Origin: Magnetococcales bacterium
Lineage (GTDB): Bacteria > Pseudomonadota > Magnetococcia > Magnetococcales > JADFYX01
Reading direction: 5' to 3'
Assembly: GCA_015231305.1 (NCBI GenBank)
Contig: JADGBW010000006.1
Span: forward strand, 1 to 63,460
Length of the DNA: 63,460 bases
Positions 31,199 through 42,433 of this stretch are shown one piece after another (the first letter of the stretch is position 1; every line of letters starts with the position of its first letter). The translations under genes and the position numbers were made by a program. Under the pieces are notes generated by a model, which saw nothing but the letters and a program-made list of their open reading frames with translations, had not been told where the DNA came from and searched no databases.

Positions 31199-31234
31199 AT
31201 GGTCACAGAAAAAAAATATTTAACTGGTTTACTA

Positions 31235-32320
31235 TCAACGAGCAGCCAAATTAACCATCTTTTTATATTTCAATGAAGATTCAACATGGCCAGAATTTAA
31301 TGGTGACAATAACTCTACGACATCTTGATAACCTCCAATTTTTGCTAGAGTCAAAGGTGTGTTACCAAGAGAATCAACCGCATTTTTATCAGCACCAGAG
31401 TCTATTAAAGTAGTAGCAGCCATTAAACGGCCTTTTCTTGCTGCCCAGTGTAGAGGGGTCTCACCATATTGAGCTTTAGGATCAATATCATTAGTTAAAC
31501 TAGACAACAATTTAATAATAGAAGAGAAACCTTCAGCAGCTGCCCAATGTAGAGGTGTATCTCCAGAAACGCCCTTAGAGTTAACAGATACACCACTTTC
31601 AACAATTAAAAAACGAGCTGTCTCCAAGGCTCCACGACGTACAGCCCAATATAGTGGTGTGCGACCATGAAGGTTAGCAATATTTGGATTTGCCCCTCCT
31701 TTTATAAGAAGCTTTACTATATTTTGATTGTTCTCTTCTGCTGCCCAGTGCAGAGCACTATCACCTGATATGTCTTGAACATCTATTACTGCACCATAAC
31801 TTACCAACTGTTGCACCAACTCAATGTTACCTTCACCTGCTGCCCAATGTAGAGCAGTATTACCTTTTGAGTTGACAATATTTGGGTTTGCCCCTTTTTC
31901 TAATAAAGCTTGGGAAATTTCCAAAGAACCACTAGCAGCTGCAATCATATGGATTGGTGTATCACCACGTTTATCTTGCACATTAACTTTTGCTCCATGG
32001 CTCAATAATAAATTTACCACAGAGAGATCATTTTTAATTACTGAAAAATGGAGGGGAGTAAGCCCAAAGCCATCGACTGCATTTACATCTTGGCCTTCAT
32101 TTATCAACCTAGTAACAACTTGAAAATTTTCATTTTCAATAGCTTTATGAAGAGCTGTTCGTGTGGATTTTTTTGGCTTATCAATAATAACTGCACCCAT
32201 CCCTCTTTCAATTGCTGAACCATAATTGGGCACAAAGACAACAGAAAATAGACAGACCAGAACAGCTAAATATAGTGGTTTGAAAATTTTCTTAAGGAAA
32301 ACCAACTCAAAACTGAACAT
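31235..32320 (-). CDS. ankyrin-repeat protein with N-terminal signal/TM segment
   Basis: About 8-9 G.T(P/A)LH.AA..G repeats. Confidence 0.92.
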   Translation of the reverse strand: MFSFELVFLKKIFKPLYLAVLVCLFSVVFVPNYGSAIERGMGAVIIDKPKKSTRTALHKAIENENFQVVTRLINEGQDVNAVDGFGLTPLHFSVIKNDLSVVNLLLSHGAKVNVQDKRGDTPIHMIAAASGSLEISQALLEKGANPNIVNSKGNTALHWAAGEGNIELVQQLVSYGAVIDVQDISGDSALHWAAEENNQNIVKLLIKGGANPNIANLHGRTPLYWAVRRGALETARFLIVESGVSVNSKGVSGDTPLHWAAAEGFSSIIKLLSSLTNDIDPKAQYGETPLHWAARKGRLMAATTLIDSGADKNAVDSLGNTPLTLAKIGGYQDVVELLSPLNSGHVESSLKYKKMVNLAAR

Positions 32321-32725
32321 TTTTGATTCCTCTTTAAAGCTTCATCAATAGTATTAGTGGCACGTAGAAACTCTAACTCGCAATAACCTTGCCACATCAA
32401 TAGCAAATAATTTTGACATTATTTTTCAATACGTTACCAAAGAAAGATAAAATTATATAACTATGAAAAACCTATAAATGCCAAGAATTTGTCAATAATT
32501 TTAACATATTATATTTGTTTCGATCCTTGTATATGCTTTCATTAAGTAAGAGCTTGTTATGTAAATTAAAATATATAAAGCACATCTCAGCTTGTTGGTG
32601 AAAAGATATATTTCTGTTATGCTTGAAAATTATTAAGTTACACAACTTCATGCCTTTTAATTATCAAAGCAACATTATATTATTGAAAATATTTAGTTTA
32701 ACTATAAAAAAAGAATAGATAATTT

Positions 32726-33481
32726 ATGATTCATAACAATAAAACCCGTATATCCATAGAACTTGTGCCCCGTAACGAAGAAGTCTTAAAAAAAGAGCTT
32801 AATCTCCTTAAGGAACAGTTTAAAACTGTAAACCTGATTAACATCCCCGATTTGACCAGCTTTGACATTCGTTCCTGGGAAGGGTGCGCAGTTGCTTCAC
32901 AATATTTCACCCATACAATCCCCCATATACGTGCAAAAGATATTGATCCCAATAGCCCTCTACCTATGAAACAATTTTTAATTGATAGTGGCATCAATGA
33001 AGTTCTAGTAGTAACAGGTGATCCACATACTGACCCCAACATACCTCAGTATAATGTTAACTCTGTTGATATAATTAAAAAATTTAAAACAGAAATGCCT
33101 GATATTAAGATCTATGCTGCTATAGACCAGTACCGCTCAGGTTTTCAAAAAGAGATGCACTATCTGTTGGAAAAACAGGCAGCTGGAGCAGTTGGTTTTT
33201 TTACCCAACCATTTTTTGACATACGCTTTATGGAAATTTATGGAGAAATTCTTGCCGATTATGAGGTTTTTTGGGGAGTGTCACCTGTAACATCTGAAAA
33301 ATCGAAAGCATACTGGGAAAAAAGAAACTGCGTAGTCTTCCCCCAAGAATTTAAACCAACCTTAGAGTGGAACCGAAAGTTTGCCAGTCAAGCCCTAAAA
33401 TATGCCAAAGCCAGCAATACTAACATCTACTTTATGCCTATTCGTATTGATATAGAGAAGTATCTTGGTGGTATAGTGTAG
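32726..33481 (+). CDS. metF: methylenetetrahydrofolate reductase, short form
   Basis: SIELVPR, NIPD, PHIR, VTGD and FFTQPFFD. Confidence 0.75.
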   Translation: MIHNNKTRISIELVPRNEEVLKKELNLLKEQFKTVNLINIPDLTSFDIRSWEGCAVASQYFTHTIPHIRAKDIDPNSPLPMKQFLIDSGINEVLVVTGDPHTDPNIPQYNVNSVDIIKKFKTEMPDIKIYAAIDQYRSGFQKEMHYLLEKQAAGAVGFFTQPFFDIRFMEIYGEILADYEVFWGVSPVTSEKSKAYWEKRNCVVFPQEFKPTLEWNRKFASQALKYAKASNTNIYFMPIRIDIEKYLGGIV

Positions 33482-33517
33482 AAAAATATTAAAAATTTAT
33501 AGTGATCTCAAACCAAA

Positions 33518-33559
33518 ACATACACTATAAAACCAACTTGTTGATTTTATAGTGTATGT
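33518..33559. terminator. hairpin between convergent metF and kinase genes
   Basis: ACATACACTATAAAA...TTTTATAGTGTATGT. Confidence 0.7.
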
Positions 33560-33592
33560 AGCACTGAATTATTAAGTTAGATAGTAACTACT

Positions 33593-36580
33593 TTATTTAG
33601 ACTCAATATTAATATCTAGCATATCTGCAATAACAGCCAAAGTAGCTTTTGCGCTATTAAAATCTATATTTCCTATCTGTTCTTCTAGTCGTTGCAACTC
33701 ATACCTGGCTTTATTATCTACCCCAACTAATAATTTATTAAGATTTTCAAATTTTTCTTCAGCATCAAATGATTGGATTTTTAACTTCTCTAGCAGATCA
33801 ATCATTACAGGGGTTATTAATGCTATATCCAAATTGTGAGCATCTTTACCACCACTTAATTCTATTATCTTAGCATTAGCTTCCTCATCTCTGTTTTTCA
33901 GAATCTCTATGGCACTTACAACTTCTTCAATAGAACTCTCAAGCTCATCAACTAATCTAAGTCGCCCTTCTACAGGTTGTGAAAAACTTTTTTCAAAAGC
34001 CAATGCTGCAACAAAAATTCTTTTGGCAGAGATATTTCCGGCTATACCTTTAATCGTATGAGCTATATTACTAGCATTGATCAAGTCTTCATTCTTTTGT
34101 GTCGCCAATAATGAGCGTATTTTACTAGCAGTCTGGGAGTGATTACGATGAAATTCAAACAATAGCGACTTAAACACACGATGGTTGCCGTTAAGCCTTT
34201 CTAGAGCCTCATCGACTTCAATTCCGGATAGATTTTCAGGAATAATATTATTTGTTAGATCTCTTTTCTGCTTAGGAGGAGTAGCTAATCCAAGCCCATC
34301 ACGTGGTTTGATATGTTCCACCAATGCAGCATAGAGCTTTGCCCTGTCAATAGGCTTGGTTATATGATCATTCATACCAACAGAAAGGCTTTTATCACGA
34401 TCACCACTCATTGCATGAGCAGTCATGGCGATAATTGGTAACTCCTTGTATTGTAAGTCTTTGCGAATCTGGCGAGTAGCTTGTAAACCATCCATTTCTG
34501 GCATTTGAATATCCATCAAAACTGCATCGTAACTCGACTTTTTGACCATTTTTACTGCTTCTAAACCATCTTTTGCCTGATCTACAATAAGACTTACACC
34601 TTCTAAAATTTCTACTGCAACCTGAAGATTGATAGAATTATCCTCTGCCAACAAGACGCGGGCTCCACCAATATGTTTGATTATTTGGGCTGTATCAACA
34701 ACTCCCTCTTTAACCCGGAAAGTCTTAGCGACATCCTTGCCAAAAACATCCATGATGGAGTCAAATATTATTGAACAATTAACAGGCTTGCTAACAGCTT
34801 CATCCACTCCCACTAAACGTCCCTTTTCCAGTAGCTCTTCTTCACGATCAAAGGGTGTCAGTAAAATCATCTTGGGAACAACCTCACCCTTAAAAGTCTC
34901 ATTTATCTGCTCAATGGTTTTAAGCCCATCCATATTCGGCATAAACCAATCTACTATAACCAATTGATATGGCCTCTCTTTGTCTATGCCCTCCCTTACT
35001 GCATCCAAAGCTTCTTGCCCGGAACTAACACCAGTTGCTATAAACCCAAACATTTCAAGTGTCTTTATTAATGATTTTTTAGCAGATAGATTATCATCTA
35101 CAACCAAAGCACGAAGATGCTCCATATCCTCTGGGGGAATCATATTTACATCCTCGCCACCCAGATTGCGTTGGAAAGTTGCTGTAAAATAGAATGTACT
35201 TCCTTGCCCAGATTTTGATTCTACCCAAATCTTGCCCCCCATCATTGTCACCAGCTTTTGACTTATTGACAGCCCAAGGCCTGTTCCGCCAAACTTACGG
35301 GTTGTAGAACTATCAGCTTGAACAAAAGCATGAAAAAGCTTATCTGCCTGGCTTTTGGTCAGCCCTATTCCGGTATCACGAACTGAAAATTCCAGTGTTA
35401 CACTGTCCGCTGATTCTTGAACAGTTTTTACCTGAACTTCAATTTCTCCTTCATCAGTAAATTTAATGGCATTGCCAATTAGGTTAAGCAAAACCTGCTC
35501 AAGACGGAGGGAGTCTCCATGCAACTCGTAACGACACTCTTCTGAAACACATAAAATAAACTCTAGGTGTTTTTTAGCTACCTTTGCACGAAACAGATCG
35601 GATAAATGTTCAAATATTTCCCTTACTAGAAAATCACTGTTCTCTAATTCAAGTTTACCAGCTTCTATCTTGGAATAATCCAAAATATCGTTGATAATTC
35701 TAAGTAAGGATCGAGATGAGTTTGAAATTTTGTTAAAATAATCTAGGGTTTGTTGTGATTGCTCAACTTGAATAGCCAACTCAGAAAGGCCAATAACTGC
35801 ATTCATAGGAGTTCTTATTTCGTGGCTCATGTTAGCAAGAAATTCGGACTTAGCCTTAGTTGCCTTCTCCAACTTTGATCTCTGATCGGTCAGATCCCAT
35901 GTCATTTTACGGAATGCAGTTGCTAATTCTCCAATTTCATCCTGAGATGAAACATCAATTTCTGTATTAAATTTTCCCTTACCAATCTCTATTGAGGCCT
36001 TTCGAAGAGCTTCTATAGGGGTTGATATTATCTTTTGAAACCAAATTGTTAGAAATATTGCTATTAGAAGAGAAATAAACAGCACCACTAAACCTAAAAA
36101 GATACTTCTCCAAATCTTCTCCTTTAACTCAGACAGATTAGCATGAATTATAATTGACCCAATAACCTCTTCTTCCAAAACTATCTTTTCTCTTAAAATC
36201 AGCCTGTCAGAATCAAACAAAAAATTTTCATCTTGAGAGAGAGATGCATGATTAGGGTTAAATGACTTATGATCTGAACGAATATATTCAGTAAACAAAT
36301 CTCCATCCGCTGTAAATAGTGTAGCAGAATCTATTGTGGTAGCAGTCTCTAGTGCTTGAAGAATATTGTAGGCGGTATCAGGGTCATTAAAGGCCAAAGC
36401 TGCCCTGCTATTGAGTGCTATAATACGAGTCTGTATAAGGATATCTTTTTTAATCTCTTCTCGTTCAATAAAATAGTCTGTCGCAATAAATGCCGTACTA
36501 GCCAAAAGCAGGGTTAAACAGCTTATAAGGGTCATTATCCCTATGAGCTTTTTCCGAATTGAGAGATCTCTAAAATTCAT
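33593..36580 (-). CDS. hybrid sensor histidine kinase (CHASE8-like sensor, HAMP, HisKA, HATPase, 2 REC, Hpt)
   Basis: AALAFND sensor between two TMs, [32 protein letters not shown] and MDIQMP, AHTIKG. Confidence 0.95.
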   Translation of the reverse strand: MNFRDLSIRKKLIGIMTLISCLTLLLASTAFIATDYFIEREEIKKDILIQTRIIALNSRAALAFNDPDTAYNILQALETATTIDSATLFTADGDLFTEYIRSDHKSFNPNHASLSQDENFLFDSDRLILREKIVLEEEVIGSIIIHANLSELKEKIWRSIFLGLVVLFISLLIAIFLTIWFQKIISTPIEALRKASIEIGKGKFNTEIDVSSQDEIGELATAFRKMTWDLTDQRSKLEKATKAKSEFLANMSHEIRTPMNAVIGLSELAIQVEQSQQTLDYFNKISNSSRSLLRIINDILDYSKIEAGKLELENSDFLVREIFEHLSDLFRAKVAKKHLEFILCVSEECRYELHGDSLRLEQVLLNLIGNAIKFTDEGEIEVQVKTVQESADSVTLEFSVRDTGIGLTKSQADKLFHAFVQADSSTTRKFGGTGLGLSISQKLVTMMGGKIWVESKSGQGSTFYFTATFQRNLGGEDVNMIPPEDMEHLRALVVDDNLSAKKSLIKTLEMFGFIATGVSSGQEALDAVREGIDKERPYQLVIVDWFMPNMDGLKTIEQINETFKGEVVPKMILLTPFDREEELLEKGRLVGVDEAVSKPVNCSIIFDSIMDVFGKDVAKTFRVKEGVVDTAQIIKHIGGARVLLAEDNSINLQVAVEILEGVSLIVDQAKDGLEAVKMVKKSSYDAVLMDIQMPEMDGLQATRQIRKDLQYKELPIIAMTAHAMSGDRDKSLSVGMNDHITKPIDRAKLYAALVEHIKPRDGLGLATPPKQKRDLTNNIIPENLSGIEVDEALERLNGNHRVFKSLLFEFHRNHSQTASKIRSLLATQKNEDLINASNIAHTIKGIAGNISAKRIFVAALAFEKSFSQPVEGRLRLVDELESSIEEVVSAIEILKNRDEEANAKIIELSGGKDAHNLDIALITPVMIDLLEKLKIQSFDAEEKFENLNKLLVGVDNKARYELQRLEEQIGNIDFNSAKATLAVIADMLDINIESK

Positions 36581-36595
36581 GGTTTTTTAGCAACC

Positions 36596-37150
36596 TTATT
36601 GAACGTTTATACCCACCTGCAGCATGGTAGCACTTATCTTTAAGCCAGCATCTTCTGCCCTTTCTTGACTTATTTCAAAGCGTAACTTTTGTTCTCTTGT
36701 TGTAAAGTTAACCATTCCCCCATGTTGTACAAAACTGTCAATCTCACCAACAGTTAGAACAGGGCTGCCTATTACACCTGTAAAAATTGATTGTAAGTTG
36801 CTGGCTTCAGATCTGCTAACAAATAGTATATGACAATCTGCCACACTTTTAACATCATCTAATCTACGGATAGTTATCCGTCTCTTTTTTACCTTTTTTT
36901 TAGAGAGAACTGACAATAATTTACCAAATGGGTCATCACCAATTATACAGAGTTGAAAGTTAGCATTATTATCAGAAAAAGCTGTTGTGGGCCATTTGAC
37001 AAATTTAGTGAAATGGTACAGATAAGCGACCTTAAGTTGATGCTCTTTGGATAAACCAGCATACGCAACCCCGCTTGTAGTTACACAAAAAATAGCAGCA
37101 AGAGTGATAGCTGCTATTTTGGAGGCAAATATTTTTTTTAACAACATCAT
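36596..37150 (-). CDS. YfiR/DUF4154 periplasmic protein
   Basis: E..LKVAYLYHFTKFVKWP, LCIIGDDPF, CHILFVS, LTVGE..F...GGMV and LKIS. Confidence 0.92.
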   Translation of the reverse strand: MMLLKKIFASKIAAITLAAIFCVTTSGVAYAGLSKEHQLKVAYLYHFTKFVKWPTTAFSDNNANFQLCIIGDDPFGKLLSVLSKKKVKKRRITIRRLDDVKSVADCHILFVSRSEASNLQSIFTGVIGSPVLTVGEIDSFVQHGGMVNFTTREQKLRFEISQERAEDAGLKISATMLQVGINVQ

Positions 37151-37158
37151 AATCTAAA

Positions 37159-39114
37159 CTAAAAATTCCAATCAATCTGAGCCAATATACTTCTTGGTAT
37201 TTCGCTGCTTGTAACTGCTGTACTAATAAATTCAAGATGAGAATCATCTAAAAGGTTATGCCCTGTTAGGCTAACTACAATATTTTTTTTAGGGGTCCAG
37301 CCAAGACGAACATCAAGCCTAATATAGGAAGGAATATCTGAATTGGAAATTTTATCAACGTAGTACACAGAAGTATCAAATTCCAGGTCATCACGTAAAT
37401 CAAAGTAGGATCTCACCTGGAATTGATTTTGAGGTATATCACCATTAGAAGCTGAAATTGTTGTATCAGTGCTATCAGCATCCAACTCCATATTCATTTT
37501 CAACCATGTGTGGCTAGCCCGCAGCTTCCATTTTTTATTAACCTGCCAATCTACAGCAGTTTCCACACCATAAGTAGTAGCAGAAAGCTTGTTATCAAAA
37601 ACCTGGGCAATTGATAAAACTCCACCTGAAAAGGAGGTACTATCTTCGTAGGATACTACGTCATCATATTTGTTGTAAAAGGCAGAAACATCAAAGAAAA
37701 GTCTATTATTTGGCTTAGCCCGGTATCCAACCTCGTAGGCTTGAAGAATTTCTGATTTTATTTCTGAGTTACCACTGATGGTTATAGCTGTTGTGGCTCC
37801 AGTCATAGTGTTTAGGTGAAAGTCTCTATCAACCCTTGCTGGCGAACGGATAGCTCTTGAAGTAGCTACCCACATTGACTGTTTAGGATCAATATACCAC
37901 AAAGCTCTGGCATTTGGCTGGTATTCCATTCCAGTATAGTCGTTATGCTCTACCTTAGTACCTATAGTCAGCTTTAGCTTATCTTCCACCATAGAAATCT
38001 CATCTTGAACAAACATGCTGAATGTCTCATCATTTGCTGATGAGGGTATCCAGCTTGATGTACTGTTATTTGTCATATCATCTTTAGTGATTCGGTATCC
38101 TAGCCCCCAGATAATTTCATGTTTATCTTTGGGAGAAAAACGATGCTGGAAATCCCAATCAAAAGTATCTCGTTCCTCATTTTCGGTGCGTACATTTCTA
38201 TCGTAATAGAGTTGCAAAGAGAGGTCAGAGGTATCAGATAATACACGATCCCAACTGATATGAAGGTTTCCTCCATTTTTAATTGATGTGCTGGCATCAT
38301 GTTCCATTTGATAAATATCTCCCTGAACAGTCAAAGTATCATTTGTGGAAATATTTAAATCTGCACGAAACCCACCACGCTGGCTACTCCATCCATCATT
38401 AGCATCACTACCACTAGCCAGGTCGAAGCTATTGCGGTCAAACTTTTTAGCATAGAGTCTAAATGTTGATTTTTCTCCAACTTTACCGCCGTAACGGGCA
38501 GCTCCATGGAGTCTTTCTACACTTCCAACCCCAATACTAACTAGACCTTTCTGGGTATCTGCTGAATTTTTTGTAATGATATTTATGACACCATTTACAG
38601 CATTGGCTCCCCACAAACTACCACCTGACCCTCTTATTACTTCAATGCGTTCTATATTATCAATCATAACATCCTGTACATCCCAAAACACACCGGCGAA
38701 CAATGGGCTATAGATAGTACGACCATCCATAAGAACGAGAAGTTTGTTAGAATATTGCGCATTAAATCCCCTGGAAGAGATAGCCCAGGTACTATTATTT
38801 ATTCTTGCTACATCAAGACCTGGAACCATTCGCAATAGTTCGGGGATACTTTTCATGCCAGAGCGACGAATCTCCTCATTACTGATTACATAAGCGGCAG
38901 CAGGAGCATCTTTCAGGTTCTGTTTTTTCTTAGATGCTGTTGTTAGTGTAATTTCAGCTAACTCATGAAAGTCGACTTCAAGGAGATCTTCTAACTCTGC
39001 CATCGCCTTATCATCTTCAAGATCACTAGCCCAGATATTTGTCGGCATCACAACTAACAACAAAAGAAACAACATGGCCAAACCATTTGAAAGTATGCGA
39101 TTAATAAACTTCAC
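37159..39114 (-). CDS. TonB-dependent receptor
   Basis: Plug-domain motifs LLRMVPG, LVLMDGR, IERIEVIRG.GGSLWGANAVNGVINIITK; C-terminal Phe. Confidence 0.95.
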   Translation of the reverse strand: MKFINRILSNGLAMLFLLLLVVMPTNIWASDLEDDKAMAELEDLLEVDFHELAEITLTTASKKKQNLKDAPAAAYVISNEEIRRSGMKSIPELLRMVPGLDVARINNSTWAISSRGFNAQYSNKLLVLMDGRTIYSPLFAGVFWDVQDVMIDNIERIEVIRGSGGSLWGANAVNGVINIITKNSADTQKGLVSIGVGSVERLHGAARYGGKVGEKSTFRLYAKKFDRNSFDLASGSDANDGWSSQRGGFRADLNISTNDTLTVQGDIYQMEHDASTSIKNGGNLHISWDRVLSDTSDLSLQLYYDRNVRTENEERDTFDWDFQHRFSPKDKHEIIWGLGYRITKDDMTNNSTSSWIPSSANDETFSMFVQDEISMVEDKLKLTIGTKVEHNDYTGMEYQPNARALWYIDPKQSMWVATSRAIRSPARVDRDFHLNTMTGATTAITISGNSEIKSEILQAYEVGYRAKPNNRLFFDVSAFYNKYDDVVSYEDSTSFSGGVLSIAQVFDNKLSATTYGVETAVDWQVNKKWKLRASHTWLKMNMELDADSTDTTISASNGDIPQNQFQVRSYFDLRDDLEFDTSVYYVDKISNSDIPSYIRLDVRLGWTPKKNIVVSLTGHNLLDDSHLEFISTAVTSSEIPRSILAQIDWNF

Positions 39115-39406
39115 AATATTTCCTTTCTTAAAAAGAGTAGTGAGTCAAATTTATTCTTCTTCATAATGGCATTGATCTAACTATCATAGTTACAATAAAA
39201 AATTCACGTATAACAAAGTTACGTCACGATCATACATGAAAATTATTACAGAAGACATGTGTATATAGATTAGTACTTTTTATTTTATATTTTTAAAGCA
39301 GCATCATTCATACTCTCATGAAATTACTCCGCAATGTATAATATATTTTTACTCTTTTCGTATTAACTATCCCATAACCAACTAGAAAATAGTTCGTCAT
39401 GCTAAG

Positions 39407-40750
39407 TTATTCACCATAAGCCATAGCTGGCAACCACGTAACTATTTGGGGCCAAAGAGCTACTAATAGTAGGGTAAAAATTTGAATTGCCACAAATGGT
39501 ATTACTCCTCTATATATATCCATTGTGCGAATTTGGGGCGGACAGACACCTTTTAAAAAAAATAGTGAGAAACCAAAAGGAGGAGTCATAAATGATGTTT
39601 GCAAGTTGATGGCAAAGAGAATACCAAACCACAGTGGGTTATAACCGTAATCAGCAATAATTGGAGCTAAAATAGGAATATGGATAAAGCATATTTCTAT
39701 AAAATCGAGGAAAAAGCCTAGGATAAAAACCAGCACCATTACAGTTAGCAAAACCTGCCAACCGACAAAGTCTAGATTTTCTAAAAAATCTCTGATCACC
39801 ATATCTCCGCCCATACCGCGGAAAACCAGACCAAATGCATTTGCCCCAACCAATATAATAAACACCATGCTGGTTAATTTTGTGGTAGTTTGTGATACTT
39901 GACGAACTACTTCTATATTTAAACGACCATGGAAAGCAGCCAAAACCAATGCCCCCACAGCTCCCATCGCTCCTGATTCTGTAGGTGTTGCAATACCCAT
40001 AAAAATTGAACCCAACACAGCAAACATTAACCCTAATGTAGGAACCAGAGTTTTTACTACTTGCCACAAGAAGGCTTTATCATAGGGTTTATCGTTATCT
40101 TTAACAGTGGGGGCTTGCTCTGGTTTAATTTTGCTTATAAATAGAATATAGCTAATATACAAGCCCACCAATATTAAACCGGGTATAACAGCTCCTAAAA
40201 ACAGATCACCAACAGAAACACCAAGAATGTCTCCTAGTAAGACCAAAATAATACTAGGGGGGATAATCTGCCCCAAAGTACCAGAGGCAGCCACAGTACC
40301 AGTGGCAAGAGATTTTGCATAACCGTGGTTAAGCATTACCGGAACCGAAAGCAGCCCCATTGTTACGACAGTTGCCCCAACAATACCAGTAGATGCACCC
40401 AACAAAGCCCCAACTACTACAACTGAGACCGCCAAACCACCATGAACTTTCTTAAACAACAACCCCATTGTCTCTAATAAAGACTCCGCCAAACCAGACT
40501 TCTCAAGCATTAAACCCATAAATACAAACAGGGGAACTGCTATAAAAGTGCTGTTTTGCATTATCCCCCATAAACGCAAAGGCAGAAGGTCAAAAAAAGC
40601 TAGGTCAAGCCCAATAACAGCAAAAGTCAGAGCCGTACCAAGAAGGGTAAAAGTTACAGGAAAGCCCAACATCAACAAAAAAGTGAGTAGTAGAAACATC
40701 CAACCTGGTAGGTAATCTGCCAATAAAGGGGGAAGATAATCTATGAACAT
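39407..40750 (-). CDS. dctM: TRAP transporter large permease
   Basis: AVPLFVFMG, GTLGQIIPPS and QTSFMTPPFG. Confidence 0.95.
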   Translation of the reverse strand: MFIDYLPPLLADYLPGWMFLLLTFLLMLGFPVTFTLLGTALTFAVIGLDLAFFDLLPLRLWGIMQNSTFIAVPLFVFMGLMLEKSGLAESLLETMGLLFKKVHGGLAVSVVVVGALLGASTGIVGATVVTMGLLSVPVMLNHGYAKSLATGTVAASGTLGQIIPPSIILVLLGDILGVSVGDLFLGAVIPGLILVGLYISYILFISKIKPEQAPTVKDNDKPYDKAFLWQVVKTLVPTLGLMFAVLGSIFMGIATPTESGAMGAVGALVLAAFHGRLNIEVVRQVSQTTTKLTSMVFIILVGANAFGLVFRGMGGDMVIRDFLENLDFVGWQVLLTVMVLVFILGFFLDFIEICFIHIPILAPIIADYGYNPLWFGILFAINLQTSFMTPPFGFSLFFLKGVCPPQIRTMDIYRGVIPFVAIQIFTLLLVALWPQIVTWLPAMAYGE

Positions 40751-41256
40751 GATGGGGATAGCAATATTTTCAAGCTGTTAATACCAAGAGAAACCCCTTG
40801 CAGCATCAACAATACAAATCCAATTGGTACAAACGCTTTAACAATAAAACGTGCAGGAATACCGCCAGGATCAGGTGATATTTCACCAATTTCATAAGCA
40901 GTAATTACCCATGGAATGCTTACCCAAATTATTAGATAACAGCCTGGTAAAAGAAAAAAAATTACACCAAGAAGGTTTATTAAAGCTTTGGTTTTTGGGC
41001 TAAACTGTTGATAAAAAAGATCTACCCTAACATGTTGATCGTATAAAAGCGTATAACCTGCGCTTAATAGAAACAAAAAGGCAAACATATGCCATTCAAG
41101 CTCCTGTACAAAAACATAGGAGCTGTTAAACATATATCGCATAATAACATCAATTAAAACAACAATAACCAACACAAAACTAACCCAAGAGACCAGTTGC
41201 CCAACTCTCTCATTTATGCTGTCTATTATCCCGGCTAACCGTTCTAAAATAATCAT
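40741..41256 (-). CDS. dctQ: TRAP transporter small permease
   Basis: RY.F, ELEWH and HVRVD. Confidence 0.93.
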   Translation of the reverse strand: MIILERLAGIIDSINERVGQLVSWVSFVLVIVVLIDVIMRYMFNSSYVFVQELEWHMFAFLFLLSAGYTLLYDQHVRVDLFYQQFSPKTKALINLLGVIFFLLPGCYLIIWVSIPWVITAYEIGEISPDPGGIPARFIVKAFVPIGFVLLMLQGVSLGINSLKILLSPSCS

Positions 41257-41267
41257 TAAAAAATATT

Positions 41268-42389
41268 TTATAGCTTTACTTTTTTAGCTATTAGCTGGTG
41301 ATAAACCTGCTCTGATACTGAACTCCACACCCCTACTCTGTCTTGAAACTTGTTAAAAGCTTTATGTACTTTCTGTGCTTGGGCATCTTTGCTGGCTTCT
41401 TCTTCTCTCACCTCTAGGGCTACTTTATGGAGTTTTCTTAATGTTTCTTCAGGAAAATTGCGGATCTGTACATTGTGTTTGTTGATTAAGGTTCGTAAAG
41501 CATTACCGTTTTGAGCGTCAAATTCTGCCAACATCCAAATATTATTATCAGCTGCTGCTACATCTAAAGCTGATTGTAGGTTTTTAGGTAATTTTTCATA
41601 CGCTTTCTTGTTAAAAAACACCTCAAGCACTGACCCAGGTTCATGCCAGCCTGGTGTGTAATAATATTTTGCTGCTTTATAAAAACCCATACGCATATCG
41701 TGTAGAGGGCCGACAAACTCAGTTGCATCAAGCACTCCACGTTCTAGTGCTGTGAAAATTTCACCACCAGGTAGAAGTACGGGAGTTCCCCCTACTTTTT
41801 TAATTACCTTGCCACCCAAACCGGGTATCCGCATTTTAAGACCTTTAAAATCTTCAATGGTGTTTATCTCTTTATTAAACCAGCCCCCCATCTGCAAACC
41901 AGTGTTACCACAAGGCCGAGGAATTAAATTAAAAGGTGCGTAGGTTTCTTCCCACAGCTTTAACCCACCACCAGCATAAAGCCAAGAGTTCATACCTTGA
42001 GCATTAAGACCAAAAGGCACAGATGAAAACCACTGAGCAGCACTGCTTTTTCCTGCCCAATAATATGAAGCAGCAGAACCAGCTTGCACCATACCTTTGG
42101 ATACAGCTTCAAAAGCTCCAAAAGCAGGTATCAGCTCACCAGCTGCATATACTTGAATAGTTAACTGAGAAGAAGTTAGCTCCTTAACCCGTTTAGCAAA
42201 ACGCTCTACCCCTTCCTGAAAAAGTGGTGAATTTGGTGGCCATGTAGAGACAATTTTCCACCTGTATTTTCTAGTACTTGCCAGCACATTAGGTGCAGCA
42301 ATTACAGCACCTGTACCTGCGACAGCAACAGCACCTGTTTTTTTTAAAAAATCACGGCGTTTTATATTTTTTTGACCCATCTTTTGCAT
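41268..42389 (-). CDS. dctP: TRAP solute-binding protein, TakP-like, Tat-exported
   Basis: RRDFLK, YYWAGK, QMGGWFNKEI, MRIPGLGG and PGWHEPG. Confidence 0.93.
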   Translation of the reverse strand: MQKMGQKNIKRRDFLKKTGAVAVAGTGAVIAAPNVLASTRKYRWKIVSTWPPNSPLFQEGVERFAKRVKELTSSQLTIQVYAAGELIPAFGAFEAVSKGMVQAGSAASYYWAGKSSAAQWFSSVPFGLNAQGMNSWLYAGGGLKLWEETYAPFNLIPRPCGNTGLQMGGWFNKEINTIEDFKGLKMRIPGLGGKVIKKVGGTPVLLPGGEIFTALERGVLDATEFVGPLHDMRMGFYKAAKYYYTPGWHEPGSVLEVFFNKKAYEKLPKNLQSALDVAAADNNIWMLAEFDAQNGNALRTLINKHNVQIRNFPEETLRKLHKVALEVREEEASKDAQAQKVHKAFNKFQDRVGVWSSVSEQVYHQLIAKKVKL

Positions 42390-42433
42390 ATCCCAATGGA
42401 AAATAATAGATGACTGAATTTATTAGCCTTGAT

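Noticed and set aside
31420-31870. Recurring TGCCCA(A/G)TG(T/C)AGAG at ~100-bp multiples, CRISPR-like at first glance
   Set aside because: These encode the LHWA motif of the ankyrin repeats within a CDS.
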